A DNA stretch of 64,000 nucleotides from an uncultured bacterium (GTDB lineage: Bacteria; Electryoneota; RPQS01): assembly GCA_963735175.1 (NCBI GenBank), contig CAVTJX010000015.1:1657-65656 (forward strand), written 5' to 3'. How positions within the stretch are numbered: position 1 is the stretch's first letter; every line of letters begins with the position of its first letter. The notes below the pieces were generated by a model. That model searched no databases and had not been told where the DNA came from. It saw nothing but the letters and a program-made list of their open reading frames with translations. Below are positions 10,040 to 18,724 of this stretch, one piece after another. A program made the translations under genes and the position numbers.

Positions 10040-10966
10040 TTAGAGATTCCGCTCAAATTCGGGATGGGCTTTCTTGAGACTATCCAGCTTAGCTGCATCT
10101 CGCTTGATCGATTCTTCATATAGCCGTATGCGGCCAGTGAGATATAATTTCGCAGAGTCGTGATGTGCCACGGTTAAGAAATTCGTTACGGTCAGTCTCA
10201 TCGTTGTTGCATCCTCAACCGCGCCTTCGAGACTCTGGATTTCGTGCTGGTAGTCCAAAGATTCGTTAAGTTGATTTCCACGTATCTCTCCCCATGTTGG
10301 GACCCAAGCATAGCCCCTTGGCTTATTCCCCAGCCATGCTGAGGAAATTGCTTCTTTAGCTTGGAAATATGGGATTTCTAAGTTCGCACTGGGCTCGACA
10401 CAGATGGATGTCCGATCTAACTGACGGACAAGTTCCTTACATTTCGACATCCATCGTGAAGTACGACCGCGAACCGATCCGCCACCGTTCCATACAGTTG
10501 CGAATTCAACATGACGATTTATATCTTCCTCTCCTCTGGACGCAGCCTGAAGCACTTGATCGAAAATGTATGCGGAATTCACGTAAGCGATCCGCCACTC
10601 TCCTACCTCTTCGTGATAGTCTACTTGTACTATACCATCAATATCTTCTTTATTGAGCATATCCAGCCCCTGAGGGACAAGTATCGTAATCCTCCCATGT
10701 CGATCAGCTTTGATATACTCCATTTCAGGAGGGTAAATGACTGCGGTAATGCCTGACTTAGACAATACACCTGTGAATCGTTCCCGAAGGTTCTCTAAGT
10801 GTAAAAATACACCCTTGGTTGATGGTTCCCAATGACAATTGCTTCGCTGATCTGCAAGAAGTAACGGAGAACAGAACAACCACATTCTTAGCAGGCCACC
10901 GCGGAAGTTCGGACGCACGACCCGATGGATGGAGAATACAACTGCCACCAATGATAAAGGAGACAA
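10040..10966 (-). CDS. Hypothetical protein (about 300 aa) in the AT-rich patch; N-terminus uncertain
   Basis: 308-aa ORF. The overlapping ORF 10758..11027 in another frame offers a membrane-anchor-like start (MRSNANSIRRLLIVSFIIGGSCIL), suggesting a frame slip. No family recognised. Confidence 0.45.
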   Translation of the reverse strand: MSPLSLVAVVFSIHRVVRPNFRGGLLRMWLFCSPLLLADQRSNCHWEPSTKGVFLHLENLRERFTGVLSKSGITAVIYPPEMEYIKADRHGRITILVPQGLDMLNKEDIDGIVQVDYHEEVGEWRIAYVNSAYIFDQVLQAASRGEEDINRHVEFATVWNGGGSVRGRTSRWMSKCKELVRQLDRTSICVEPSANLEIPYFQAKEAISSAWLGNKPRGYAWVPTWGEIRGNQLNESLDYQHEIQSLEGAVEDATTMRLTVTNFLTVAHHDSAKLYLTGRIRLYEESIKRDAAKLDSLKKAHPEFERNL

Positions 10967-11138
10967 TTAACAATCTTCTTATGCTGTTGGCATTACTACG
11001 CATAGTGTTCCTCTTGACACGTTCCATTTCAGGTCCAGCGGTGTATTTCCCCCACTAAACATTATCCGCTTGGAACGGCTACACTGTCATTATAATCTCG
11101 GCATTCTCTGTTTGATTCATAGTCGAATGTTCAGGAAA

Positions 11139-11579
11139 TCATGGTCTAGTCACTCGCGCCCCCGCCTTGTCCAGCGCCTCGTTATACAGCCGATCCGCGT
11201 GCTTGTTCTGTTCTCGCGGAATATGGCGGATGCGCAGTGTAAACGGCACCGCCTTCTTCGCAAGCTGCACCCGGTTCCACAACTCCTGCAAGCGCGGTTC
11301 CTTGATCTTCCACTTGCCGATCACCTGCTGGTAGACCAGCATGCTGTCGGTGTGCACGCGCAGCACCTCCGCTCCGCTCTCCCGGATTAGCGGATCTTCC
11401 GCGGCAACTTCGAGCAGACGAATCAGCGCGCGGTACTCGGCTTCGTTGTTGGTGCCGTGACCGATCGCCCGGCCCTCTTCAAACAGCAGCTTGCCGGAGC
11501 CGTCGCTGACCACAACCCCGATCCCGGCGGGCCCGGGATTCCCCCGCGCTCCGCCGTCGATGTAAGCAATGAGATCCAT
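11139..11579 (-). CDS. rnhA: Ribonuclease HI
   Basis: ATG at 11579 gives MDLIAYIDGGARGNPGPAGIGVV...TNNEAEYRALIRLLE...VHTDSMLVYQQ...REQNKHADRL, carrying the RNase H DEDD residues. Confidence 0.88.
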   Translation of the reverse strand: MDLIAYIDGGARGNPGPAGIGVVVSDGSGKLLFEEGRAIGHGTNNEAEYRALIRLLEVAAEDPLIRESGAEVLRVHTDSMLVYQQVIGKWKIKEPRLQELWNRVQLAKKAVPFTLRIRHIPREQNKHADRLYNEALDKAGARVTRP

Positions 11580-11612
11580 GAAATAAGAAATTAGAAATAG
11601 AGAAATTAAAAG
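11580..11612. repeat. Purine-rich tandem heptamers GAAATAA GAAATTA GAAATAG(A) GAAATTA
   Basis: Read directly. Partly complementary to the TTTCTCN array at 11641..11667. Confidence 0.7.
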
Positions 11613-11640
11613 ATCGGAAGCGGAAATCCGGTGCAAGGCT

Positions 11641-11667
11641 TTTCTCATTTCTCGTTTCTCATTTTCC
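11641..11667. repeat. Pyrimidine-rich tandem heptamers TTTCTCA TTTCTCG TTTCTCA TTTTCC
   Basis: Read directly. Inverted counterpart of 11580..11612. Confidence 0.7.
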
Positions 11668-11669
11668 GG

Positions 11670-12398
11670 TTAAGGAACAATAATCCGCCCGCACGTCTCG
11701 CACAGCACAATGTCGATCTGCTTGCGGATATTCACTTGTGTCTGCTGCGGAATCACCGCGAAACAGCCGCCGCACGCGCCGTCCATGATGTGCGCCACGC
11801 CCCGGCCGTCCTTCGCCTTGCGAATCCGTTCGTAGTGGGCATAGAGCGGCTTCATGATCCGCACCACCACGTTCTCCCGCCGGTGCATAAGTTCGCGCTC
11901 TTCGGCTTCGGTTTCGGCCAGCTTTTCCTTCAGGTCCGACGACTTCGTCTTCTCTTCGACGCGTACCTTCTCCAAGTCGCCCTGCCGCTCCTCGATCTGC
12001 CGCAAGCGGTCGGCCTTGCGTTGTGTGGCGCTGGTAATCTCCGCTTCGCACTTGCCGATCTCCTCCTTCACGAAGTTGAATTCGGCGGTGATCGCGTCGT
12101 ATTCGCGCGTCGTCTTGACGGCGTAGAGCTGTTGCTGTAGCTTTGTCAGCTTCTCGCGCGATTCTTCGAGCTGCTGCGTCCGTTCGCCGAGGATCCGCGT
12201 CGTCTCCTCCAGCTCGTTACGGCGCTCAGATATGAAGGTCTCATACTCGCGGATCCGGGCTGACAGCCGGTCCACTTCCTCGGGCAGATCGCCGCGCTCC
12301 ATGGCAATGTCGCGCAAATCATCGTCAATCGCCTGCAGATCCGTGAGGAGTTTGACCGCCTCCCGGACCTTGTTTTCCAGACCAGCCTCGTTAGTCAC
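11670..12398 (-). CDS. Zinc-ribbon and coiled-coil protein (DUF164 / C4-type zinc ribbon family)
   Basis: Intact 242-aa ORF with a long heptad-rich region and the C-terminal CGGCFAVIP...LCETCGRII zinc ribbon. The family is commonly adjacent to RNase H genes. Confidence 0.8.
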   Translation of the reverse strand: MTNEAGLENKVREAVKLLTDLQAIDDDLRDIAMERGDLPEEVDRLSARIREYETFISERRNELEETTRILGERTQQLEESREKLTKLQQQLYAVKTTREYDAITAEFNFVKEEIGKCEAEITSATQRKADRLRQIEERQGDLEKVRVEEKTKSSDLKEKLAETEAEERELMHRRENVVVRIMKPLYAHYERIRKAKDGRGVAHIMDGACGGCFAVIPQQTQVNIRKQIDIVLCETCGRIIVP

Positions 12399-12434
12399 GT
12401 TACCTCGTCAGGGTTAATGGAAGCTAATTAAGCC

Positions 12435-12468
12435 AAAAAAAAGGTGTGCGCAAAAACTCGGCACACCT
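12435..12468 (-). terminator. Rho-independent terminator downstream of tRNA-Met
   Basis: Minus strand reads AGGTGTGC-CGAGTTTTTGC-GCACACCT followed by TTTTTTTT. Confidence 0.7.
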
Positions 12469-12603
12469 CGTGTCCACTCCGCCGGCCGCACGGAAAAACC
12501 GAATCGCCACCCGTGTCGGGCTGACGGCTGTCGCAGGATCAATACGTTGGAGGACAAGGAACATGAAAAAAACATGCGCTGCTTGACACACCGTGGACCT
12601 TCG

Positions 12604-12676
12604 TGGGCCCGCCAGGATTCGAACCTGGGACCGACGGATTATGAGTCCGCTGCTCTAACCGCTGAGCTACGAGCCC
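12604..12676 (-). tRNA. tRNA with CAT anticodon (elongator Met, or Ile2 if lysidine-modified); no encoded CCA
   Basis: Minus strand reads GGGCTCGTAGCTCAGCGGTTAGAGCAGCGGACTCATAATCCGTCGGTCCCAGGTTCGAATCCTGGCGGGCCCA and folds as a cloverleaf. The anticodon loop is CTCATAA. The anticodon stem lacks the three G-C pairs of initiator tRNA. Confidence 0.9.
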
Positions 12677-12919
12677 CTGACCGATACCGCCCGCCGGCGG
12701 TCATGGCGGAGTCAGCGTGGCCGGGCTAATCGCGGAAATGTTCAGAATATCATCCGCAGAGCGCCGCCTTCCAGTGAAAATCCGGCCTCTCCAGCTAATC
12801 CTTAAAATATAGGAAACATGGGCGTAATGTCAAGGGGCCAGTGGATACAAAATGTCTATCTATAGTGCTGATAATCTTAGACAAAGGCAATGTAGGCGAG
12901 ATTTCGACTCCTCTCCTTC

Positions 12920-13999
12920 TTAATTTTCATTCACTTTCATCGCCTTCCCGGCCCATTCCGCCAGCGTTTCATGGAGGATTTGGTCCGGCACGAGCTCCAG
13001 CGACAGCTCCGCAACGTGCAGGGGTAGGTCGTCCGGCCACGATGTTAGCCGCAATCGGTCCTTCGCGGTGGTAATCACCGCCATCGCCCCACTTTGCCGC
13101 GCCGCCAGACAGACCGCAATTACATCGTCCTTGGTAAACCGATGATGGTCCCGAAAGGCCAGTTCCCCCTTAATATTCAAACTCTTATCCAGGAGCATCC
13201 GCGTGAACCGGGACGGCCGGGCAATTGAAGTTAGCACAAACAGGGGCCGGGATGGATCTTCTATCAGCTCCGGCGGCAGCGTAAGACTCGGCACCGCCTG
13301 TATAAACGGCTTTCCCAGCCGTGCTGCCAGTCGTGCCGCCGCCTCTACCTCGACCCCCACCCCGATGAGCATGCTCGCCCGCACCAGAGCCCTCGGTGCT
13401 TCCCGTAGCGGCCCGGCCGGTAATAGCCGCCCGTTTCCCAAGGGCTCCAGTCCATCGACCAGCACCAAATCCAGATCCCGCGCGATCTTCCGATGCTGAA
13501 AGCCGTCATCGAGGAGCAACAACCACGCACCCAGGCGGCCCACCGCGTGCTGCGCCGCCGACGTACGCTCCGCATGGACGACCACGGTCGCATTGGGCAA
13601 CGCCTGCTTGATCAGCAGCGGCTCATCGCCACACAGCCGGTAGTTCATCCCCGGCTCGACAACCACCAGTTCCCGGCTCTCCCGTCCATATCCCCGGCTG
13701 AGCACTGCCAAGGCGTTAGGCTTGGCCAGCTCCGGCTGCAGCTTCATGAGCAGCCGCCCGAGCGCCATCACACACGGCGTCTTCCCTGTTCCGCCGACAG
13801 CCAAATTACCCACCGATATTACGGGCACAGGTGGCCGAAATGCCTGTGCCGGATCCTGCCGCCGTGCGTCCCACGCCGCTCCCCAGCCGTACAACTTCGA
13901 CAGCGGCACCGTCAGCCACGCCGGGGCAACCGCGCGGTTGGTAGGAAATTCACCGCTGAGAAGTCTGCTCTGGGAGGAGGTATTGGAGGGAGGAGACAC
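12920..13999 (-). CDS. lpxK: Tetraacyldisaccharide 4'-kinase
   Basis: Intact 359-aa ORF with VISVGNLAVGGTGKTP (P-loop), SRGYGR and LLLDDGFQH. Confidence 0.88.
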   Translation of the reverse strand: MSPPSNTSSQSRLLSGEFPTNRAVAPAWLTVPLSKLYGWGAAWDARRQDPAQAFRPPVPVISVGNLAVGGTGKTPCVMALGRLLMKLQPELAKPNALAVLSRGYGRESRELVVVEPGMNYRLCGDEPLLIKQALPNATVVVHAERTSAAQHAVGRLGAWLLLLDDGFQHRKIARDLDLVLVDGLEPLGNGRLLPAGPLREAPRALVRASMLIGVGVEVEAAARLAARLGKPFIQAVPSLTLPPELIEDPSRPLFVLTSIARPSRFTRMLLDKSLNIKGELAFRDHHRFTKDDVIAVCLAARQSGAMAVITTAKDRLRLTSWPDDLPLHVAELSLELVPDQILHETLAEWAGKAMKVNEN

Positions 14000-14258
14000 G
14001 TGCTGAGGAAAAGGGGATTGGAACGCCCGTCAATCGGGTTCAAGTTCCGGTTTTCTGTAGGGTATTAAAACAACAAGATACCGTTCTCCATCCCAAGAAG
14101 CAAGCTTTGCCATAGCCGTTTTCTGTCACATCCTCGCACCCGGAGATTTGACTTGGTGATGGGCGTACGACCTGTGAACTTGAGGCGCCGTAGTCACCTC
14201 TTGCTTTTCTGCCAGTGAAGGCATAGATTATTGTTTCCTCAACTCTTGAAGGTTTTCA

Positions 14259-14951
14259 TTGAAACTGCTGATTTTCGATATAGATGGCACACTCACCCAT
14301 CTCGATGGCGCCACCCGCCGCGCCTTCAATGCCGCTTATGTCCGGCTCTTCGGGATCTCGATCACCATGGACGGCCTGAAACTGCATGGCCGCACAGACC
14401 CCCTCATTTTCCGGGACTGCTTCGACCTTAGCGGCCTGACCGGTGACTATGATGAGATCTTCGGCCAGTTCCGCGAGGTCTATTTGCAGGAGCTGCCCCT
14501 CTCCATTGCCGCCAGTGCCAAAGCCCGCACACTGCCCGGCGTCTCCGAGCTGCTTGCGACCCTCGATGCGCGCCGTGACCGGGCCGCCCTCGCCCTCGGC
14601 ACGGGCAACATGGAAGCGGGGGCGCGCATAAAAATCGGCAGCTTCGGACTCAATCACTATTTCCCCGTGGGCGGCTTCGGCGACGTGCACAACCACCGCA
14701 GTCTCATCATGCAGGATGCCATCCGCAATTCCCAGCGGCATTATGGCCGCACCTTCGACCCCGCGGACATCTGGGTCATCGGCGACACGATCCACGACGT
14801 CGAAGGCGGCAAGCTGGTGAACGCGAAGACAATGGGAGTGGCCACCGGCGGCGCGTTCAGTGCGGAAGAGCTGGTCGCCGTGGGCGCGGATGTGGTCTTC
14901 CCCGATTTGTCCGACACCGCCGCCGTGCTGCAAGCATTCGGACTCGACTGA
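14259..14951 (+). CDS. HAD-superfamily hydrolase (phosphoglycolate-phosphatase-like)
   Basis: Intact 230-aa ORF (TTG start) with the FDIDGTL motif I and the VIGDTIHDV motif IV region. Confidence 0.8.
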   Translation: MKLLIFDIDGTLTHLDGATRRAFNAAYVRLFGISITMDGLKLHGRTDPLIFRDCFDLSGLTGDYDEIFGQFREVYLQELPLSIAASAKARTLPGVSELLATLDARRDRAALALGTGNMEAGARIKIGSFGLNHYFPVGGFGDVHNHRSLIMQDAIRNSQRHYGRTFDPADIWVIGDTIHDVEGGKLVNAKTMGVATGGAFSAEELVAVGADVVFPDLSDTAAVLQAFGLD

Positions 14952-14954
14952 ACC

Positions 14955-15896
14955 GTGCCCAAGTACTCACGCGCTTCTCTGTTCGGCCTTATGATGCTGC
15001 ACGCCAGTATCAATTCCGGCGGCTACCTGATCGTCAAACTCGGACTCTCCGAATTCAATCCGCTGGCCTTCGCCTTCTGGCGTTTTGTCTTCGGCCTTGG
15101 TGCCCTGGGCGTGATGGGCTTTCTGCTGAATGCCTGGCCGCGTATCGACCGGCAGGACTGGCCGCGCTTTTTGCTGCTGGCCCTCGTGGCTGTGCCGGGC
15201 AACCAGCTCCTGTACCTGAGCGGCATGCGCTACACCGTGCCTTCGCATGCCAGTCTGATCTACGCGACCACGGCCGCCTTTGCGCTACTGTTGTCCGTGC
15301 TCATGGGCTATGAAAAACTCCAGCGGCTGAAGCTCGTCGCCATCGTCATTGCCGTCGCCGGTGTGGCGCTGGTGGTCTCTAACAGCCCCACTGTGATGAT
15401 CGGCTCGGAAAACTTTTTTGGCGACGTCCTCGTCACCCTCAGCATGTTCGCCTGGGCGGCCTACACGGTGCTCGCCAAGCCGATGGTCGAAAAATACGGT
15501 GCGGTCCGCGCCACGCTTGCCGCCCTCACGACAGGCATGATTATCGGCTTGCCGTTTCTGATCTATCCGGCCCTGACTCAGGACTACAGCATTCTCACGT
15601 GGCGCGGCTGGAGTGGCACGATCTACACCGGGATTATGGTCACCGGCGTCACCTACACGCTCTGGTTCGCGATGCTGAAGCGGGTCGCGCCGTCACAGGT
15701 GGCGATTCTCACCACGCCTCAGCCCGTGATCACCACCGCGCTCTCGGTGCTGCTGCTGCACGAAGTCATCGGCGTCACCCTCATCACCGGCGGCCTGCTG
15801 GTAATCGGCGGCGTGCTCCTCATGCAAGCCCCGGCCCTGCTCCGCGACGCCCGCAATTCTTCGATCCTGAACCGCCTGCCCCGCGAGCGAGTGTAA
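14955..15896 (+). CDS. EamA/DMT-family transporter
   Basis: Intact 313-aa ORF with about ten hydrophobic helices in a two-repeat EamA-like pattern. Confidence 0.75.
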   Translation: MPKYSRASLFGLMMLHASINSGGYLIVKLGLSEFNPLAFAFWRFVFGLGALGVMGFLLNAWPRIDRQDWPRFLLLALVAVPGNQLLYLSGMRYTVPSHASLIYATTAAFALLLSVLMGYEKLQRLKLVAIVIAVAGVALVVSNSPTVMIGSENFFGDVLVTLSMFAWAAYTVLAKPMVEKYGAVRATLAALTTGMIIGLPFLIYPALTQDYSILTWRGWSGTIYTGIMVTGVTYTLWFAMLKRVAPSQVAILTTPQPVITTALSVLLLHEVIGVTLITGGLLVIGGVLLMQAPALLRDARNSSILNRLPRERV

Positions 15897-15916
15897 TTCC
15901 ACATGGATTGCGGAAT

Positions 15917-15940
15917 GTAGTGCCGCACGGCAGTGCGCTC
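15917..15940 (+). repeat. REP-like element, family B (GTAGTGCCGCACGGCAGTGCGCTC)
   Basis: GTAG head plus an imperfect palindrome. A near-identical copy lies inverted at 25788..25811. Both sit just after a stop codon. Confidence 0.7.
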
Positions 15941-16022
15941 TGAATTTCCCGTTCCCTCCGTTTCGCCGACTTCTCCCGGACTTGATCCGGGATAAACTCG
16001 GGGATTCAGTGAGGTCTGTCTT

Positions 16023-16056
16023 TTCTTCGTTCTTCGTTCATCGTTCATCGTTCTCC
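16023..16056. repeat. Tandem heptamers TTCTTCG TTCTTCG TTCATCG TTCATCG TTCTCC
   Basis: Read directly, just upstream of the PfpI-family gene. Confidence 0.8.
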
Positions 16057-16065
16057 AGAGGTCTC

Positions 16066-16584
16066 ATGTCTCTTCACGGTAAAACCTTCGCCGTCCTCGT
16101 CGAGCAGGACTACCAGGATCTCGAAGTCTGGTACCCCGTTTACCGCCTCCGCGAGGAAGGCGCCACCGTCCACCTCGTCGGCACCGGCTCCGCCGCCGAA
16201 TATAAGAGCAAGCATGGCTATCCCGCCAAACCGGATATTACCGCCGCCAACGTGAACGCCAGTGAATTTGACGGCCTCGTGATTCCCGGCGGCTGGGCGC
16301 CCGACCGCCTGCGGCAGCATGAGTCCGTGTTGCGCCTCGTGCGCGACATGAGCGCCGCAAAGAAACCCATCGCCTGCATCTGCCACGGCGGCTGGGTGCT
16401 GGCCTCGGCCGATGTCGTGCGCGGCCGCAACCTCACGAGCTACATTGCCATCAAGGACGATCTGCTTCACGCCGGTGCCAACTGGCAGGATGCCGAAGTC
16501 GTCATCGACGGCAATCTCGTCACCGCGCGCAAGCCCGACGATCTGCCCGCCTTCATGCGCGAATACCTGCGGCTCTTCAAGTGA
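16066..16584 (+). CDS. DJ-1/PfpI-family protein (intracellular protease/amidase type)
   Basis: ATG at 16066 (MSLHGKTFAVL...). Motifs GLVIPGGWAP and the nucleophile elbow IACICHGGWVL. Confidence 0.85.
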   Translation: MSLHGKTFAVLVEQDYQDLEVWYPVYRLREEGATVHLVGTGSAAEYKSKHGYPAKPDITAANVNASEFDGLVIPGGWAPDRLRQHESVLRLVRDMSAAKKPIACICHGGWVLASADVVRGRNLTSYIAIKDDLLHAGANWQDAEVVIDGNLVTARKPDDLPAFMREYLRLFK

Positions 16585-18278
16585 CCACTCAGGACGCCGC
16601 CGAATTACTGCGCCACTACGCCCTGTTGCTGGAACTCCTGGGTGAAGAAGCGTTCCGCGCCCGAACCTACGAGAACGCCGCGCGACAACTCGAAGCGCAG
16701 GGCGAAACGCTGGACGTACTCATCGAAAGCGGCCGGCTTGCGACGGTTAAAGGCATTGGCAAAAGTCTGAACACGGCGATTCGCGAACTGGCCGTCACCG
16801 GTACCTTCGCCGAACTCGAAGCCGCCCGCGAACAGGTCCCCGACGGTGTCCTGGAACTTCTGCGTGTCGAGGGCCTCGGCCCTAAGAAGGCCCGCGCCCT
16901 CTGGACACAGGCCGGTGTGAATTCGCTGAAGGCGCTCGAAAACGCGCTTGATTCCGGCCAGATCGAAGTCCTGCCCGGCTTCGGCGCCAAAACCGCGCAG
17001 AAATTCCGCGCCAGCCTCGCCTTCATCACTCAAGTTTCGGGCCGCCACTGGCGGCATCACGCGCTCCGCGCCGCGGATTCCCTGCGCGAACTGCTTACGC
17101 CGATTGCGGGCATTGAAGAGATCTTTTTCGGCGGCAGTTTGCGGCGCAACATGGAGACCGTCGGCGACCTGGACGTGTTGCTCGTGGCCCCCGAGAATCA
17201 AATCGACTCGATCCGCCGCGCCGTACTCGCACTCGAAAATATTCAGTGGACGGAGACTGGCGAGGTCATGCAGGGCCGCACCACCACCGGTTTTGATGTC
17301 GATCTGTCCGTTTGCCCCCCGCGCCTTGCCGGAGTACACAAAGTGCTCGCCACCGGCTCTAAGGAGCATCGGCAGGTCTTGCGCGCGCTTGCAGCGCAAA
17401 AGGAAATCGTGCTGGAATCGCTGGTGACGGCCAGCGAAGAGGATGTCTACGCCGCGCTCGGTCTGCGCTTCGTCCCACCGCCGCTGCGGGAAGGAACGAC
17501 CGCGTTGCGCCCGCTCGGCGGCGATCCGTATCCCGAACCGGTCAACGCCTCGCAGCTTCGCGGCATCCTGCACGTTCACACCACCGCCTCCGACGGCAAT
17601 CACACGTTGCGCGAACTGGCGTCGGCCACGATCGAACACGGCTACGAATATCTGGGCATCGCCGATCATTCGCAAACCGCCTCCTATGCGGGCGGTCTGA
17701 CTCCCGACCGCGTCCGCGCCCAGTGGAAGGAGATCGACGCGCTTAACGCCGAACTCGCTCCCTTCCGGATTTTAAAGGGCACCGAGGCTGACATTCTGGC
17801 CGATGGCCGCCCCGATTTCGACGATGAATTGCTCGCGGGATTCGACTTCGTGATCGCCTCAATTCATAGCGCCTTCAATATGACCGAGGCCGAAGCCACC
17901 GACCGCCTCTGCCGCGCGTTGGAAAATCCGCACGTCGACATCCTCGGCCACGCCACGGGCCGACTGCTGCTGGAACGCGCAGGTTATTCCGTCGATCACG
18001 AACGCTTGCTGCAATGCGCCGCCGCTAACGGCAAGGCCATTGAATTGAATTCCAATCCACACCGACTCGATCTGGATTGGCGCTGGCTGGCGCGCGCGCA
18101 GGAACTTGGCGTTCCCGTGCCCCTCAGTCCCGATGCGCATCATATCGAGGGCTTGTGGGACATCCGTTTTGGATTAGACGTCGCCGCCAAGGGGCCACTC
18201 ACGGCCGCCAACTGCCCCAGCACCTGGAGCGCCGGCGAATTTTTACACTGGTGTCAAACTCATAAGAGCACAACGTGA
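16581..18278 (+). CDS. polX: Family X DNA polymerase with a C-terminal PHP phosphoesterase domain
   Basis: Intact 565-aa ORF with N-terminal HhH regions (VKGIGKSLNTAI, VEGLGPKKA), the nucleotidyltransferase motif GSLRRNMETVGDLDVLL, and PHP motifs LHVHTTASDG and GIADHS. Confidence 0.9.
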   Translation: MTTQDAAELLRHYALLLELLGEEAFRARTYENAARQLEAQGETLDVLIESGRLATVKGIGKSLNTAIRELAVTGTFAELEAAREQVPDGVLELLRVEGLGPKKARALWTQAGVNSLKALENALDSGQIEVLPGFGAKTAQKFRASLAFITQVSGRHWRHHALRAADSLRELLTPIAGIEEIFFGGSLRRNMETVGDLDVLLVAPENQIDSIRRAVLALENIQWTETGEVMQGRTTTGFDVDLSVCPPRLAGVHKVLATGSKEHRQVLRALAAQKEIVLESLVTASEEDVYAALGLRFVPPPLREGTTALRPLGGDPYPEPVNASQLRGILHVHTTASDGNHTLRELASATIEHGYEYLGIADHSQTASYAGGLTPDRVRAQWKEIDALNAELAPFRILKGTEADILADGRPDFDDELLAGFDFVIASIHSAFNMTEAEATDRLCRALENPHVDILGHATGRLLLERAGYSVDHERLLQCAAANGKAIELNSNPHRLDLDWRWLARAQELGVPVPLSPDAHHIEGLWDIRFGLDVAAKGPLTAANCPSTWSAGEFLHWCQTHKSTT

Positions 18279-18724
18279 CTACATTGCAGGAAATCCTCGA
18301 CTGTGTCGAGGGCGATGACTTCCGCGAAGAATGCCAGAGCATTTGCGCCTGTCTGCGGGAACTCGATGGCCGCTATGACTGGGTGGGCATTTACTGGCTG
18401 AAGGGCGAAACCCTCGTCCTCGGCCCTTGGTCTGGCCCCGAGGAAACCGAACACAAGAAGATTCCCATCAGCGAAGGCATTTGCGGCGCCGCCGTGCGCG
18501 AAAAGCGCACGATCATCGTCGACGACGTGCAAAGCGACCCGCGCTACCTCGCGTGCTTCACCACCACCCGCTCGGAGATCGTCGTCCCGATTCGCGCCAA
18601 GAATAAAATCATCGGCGAAATCGACATCGACGGCAAGGAAAAAGGACTCTTCAACAAGGACGATCAGGCCGTCCTCGAAGCCCTCGCCGAGCACATCGGA
18701 CAACAGTGGCCGGGCAAATGGTAG
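18275..18724 (+). CDS. GAF-domain protein (free methionine-R-sulfoxide-reductase-like)
   Basis: Intact 149-aa ORF with GICGAAVREKRTIIVDDV...DPRYLACFTTTRSEIVVPI. Start overlaps the polX stop. Confidence 0.75.
   Translation: MTTLQEILDCVEGDDFREECQSICACLRELDGRYDWVGIYWLKGETLVLGPWSGPEETEHKKIPISEGICGAAVREKRTIIVDDVQSDPRYLACFTTTRSEIVVPIRAKNKIIGEIDIDGKEKGLFNKDDQAVLEALAEHIGQQWPGKW

Noticed and set aside
12547-12729. 60-aa plus ORF over tRNA-Met
   Set aside because: It is antisense to a canonical tRNA.
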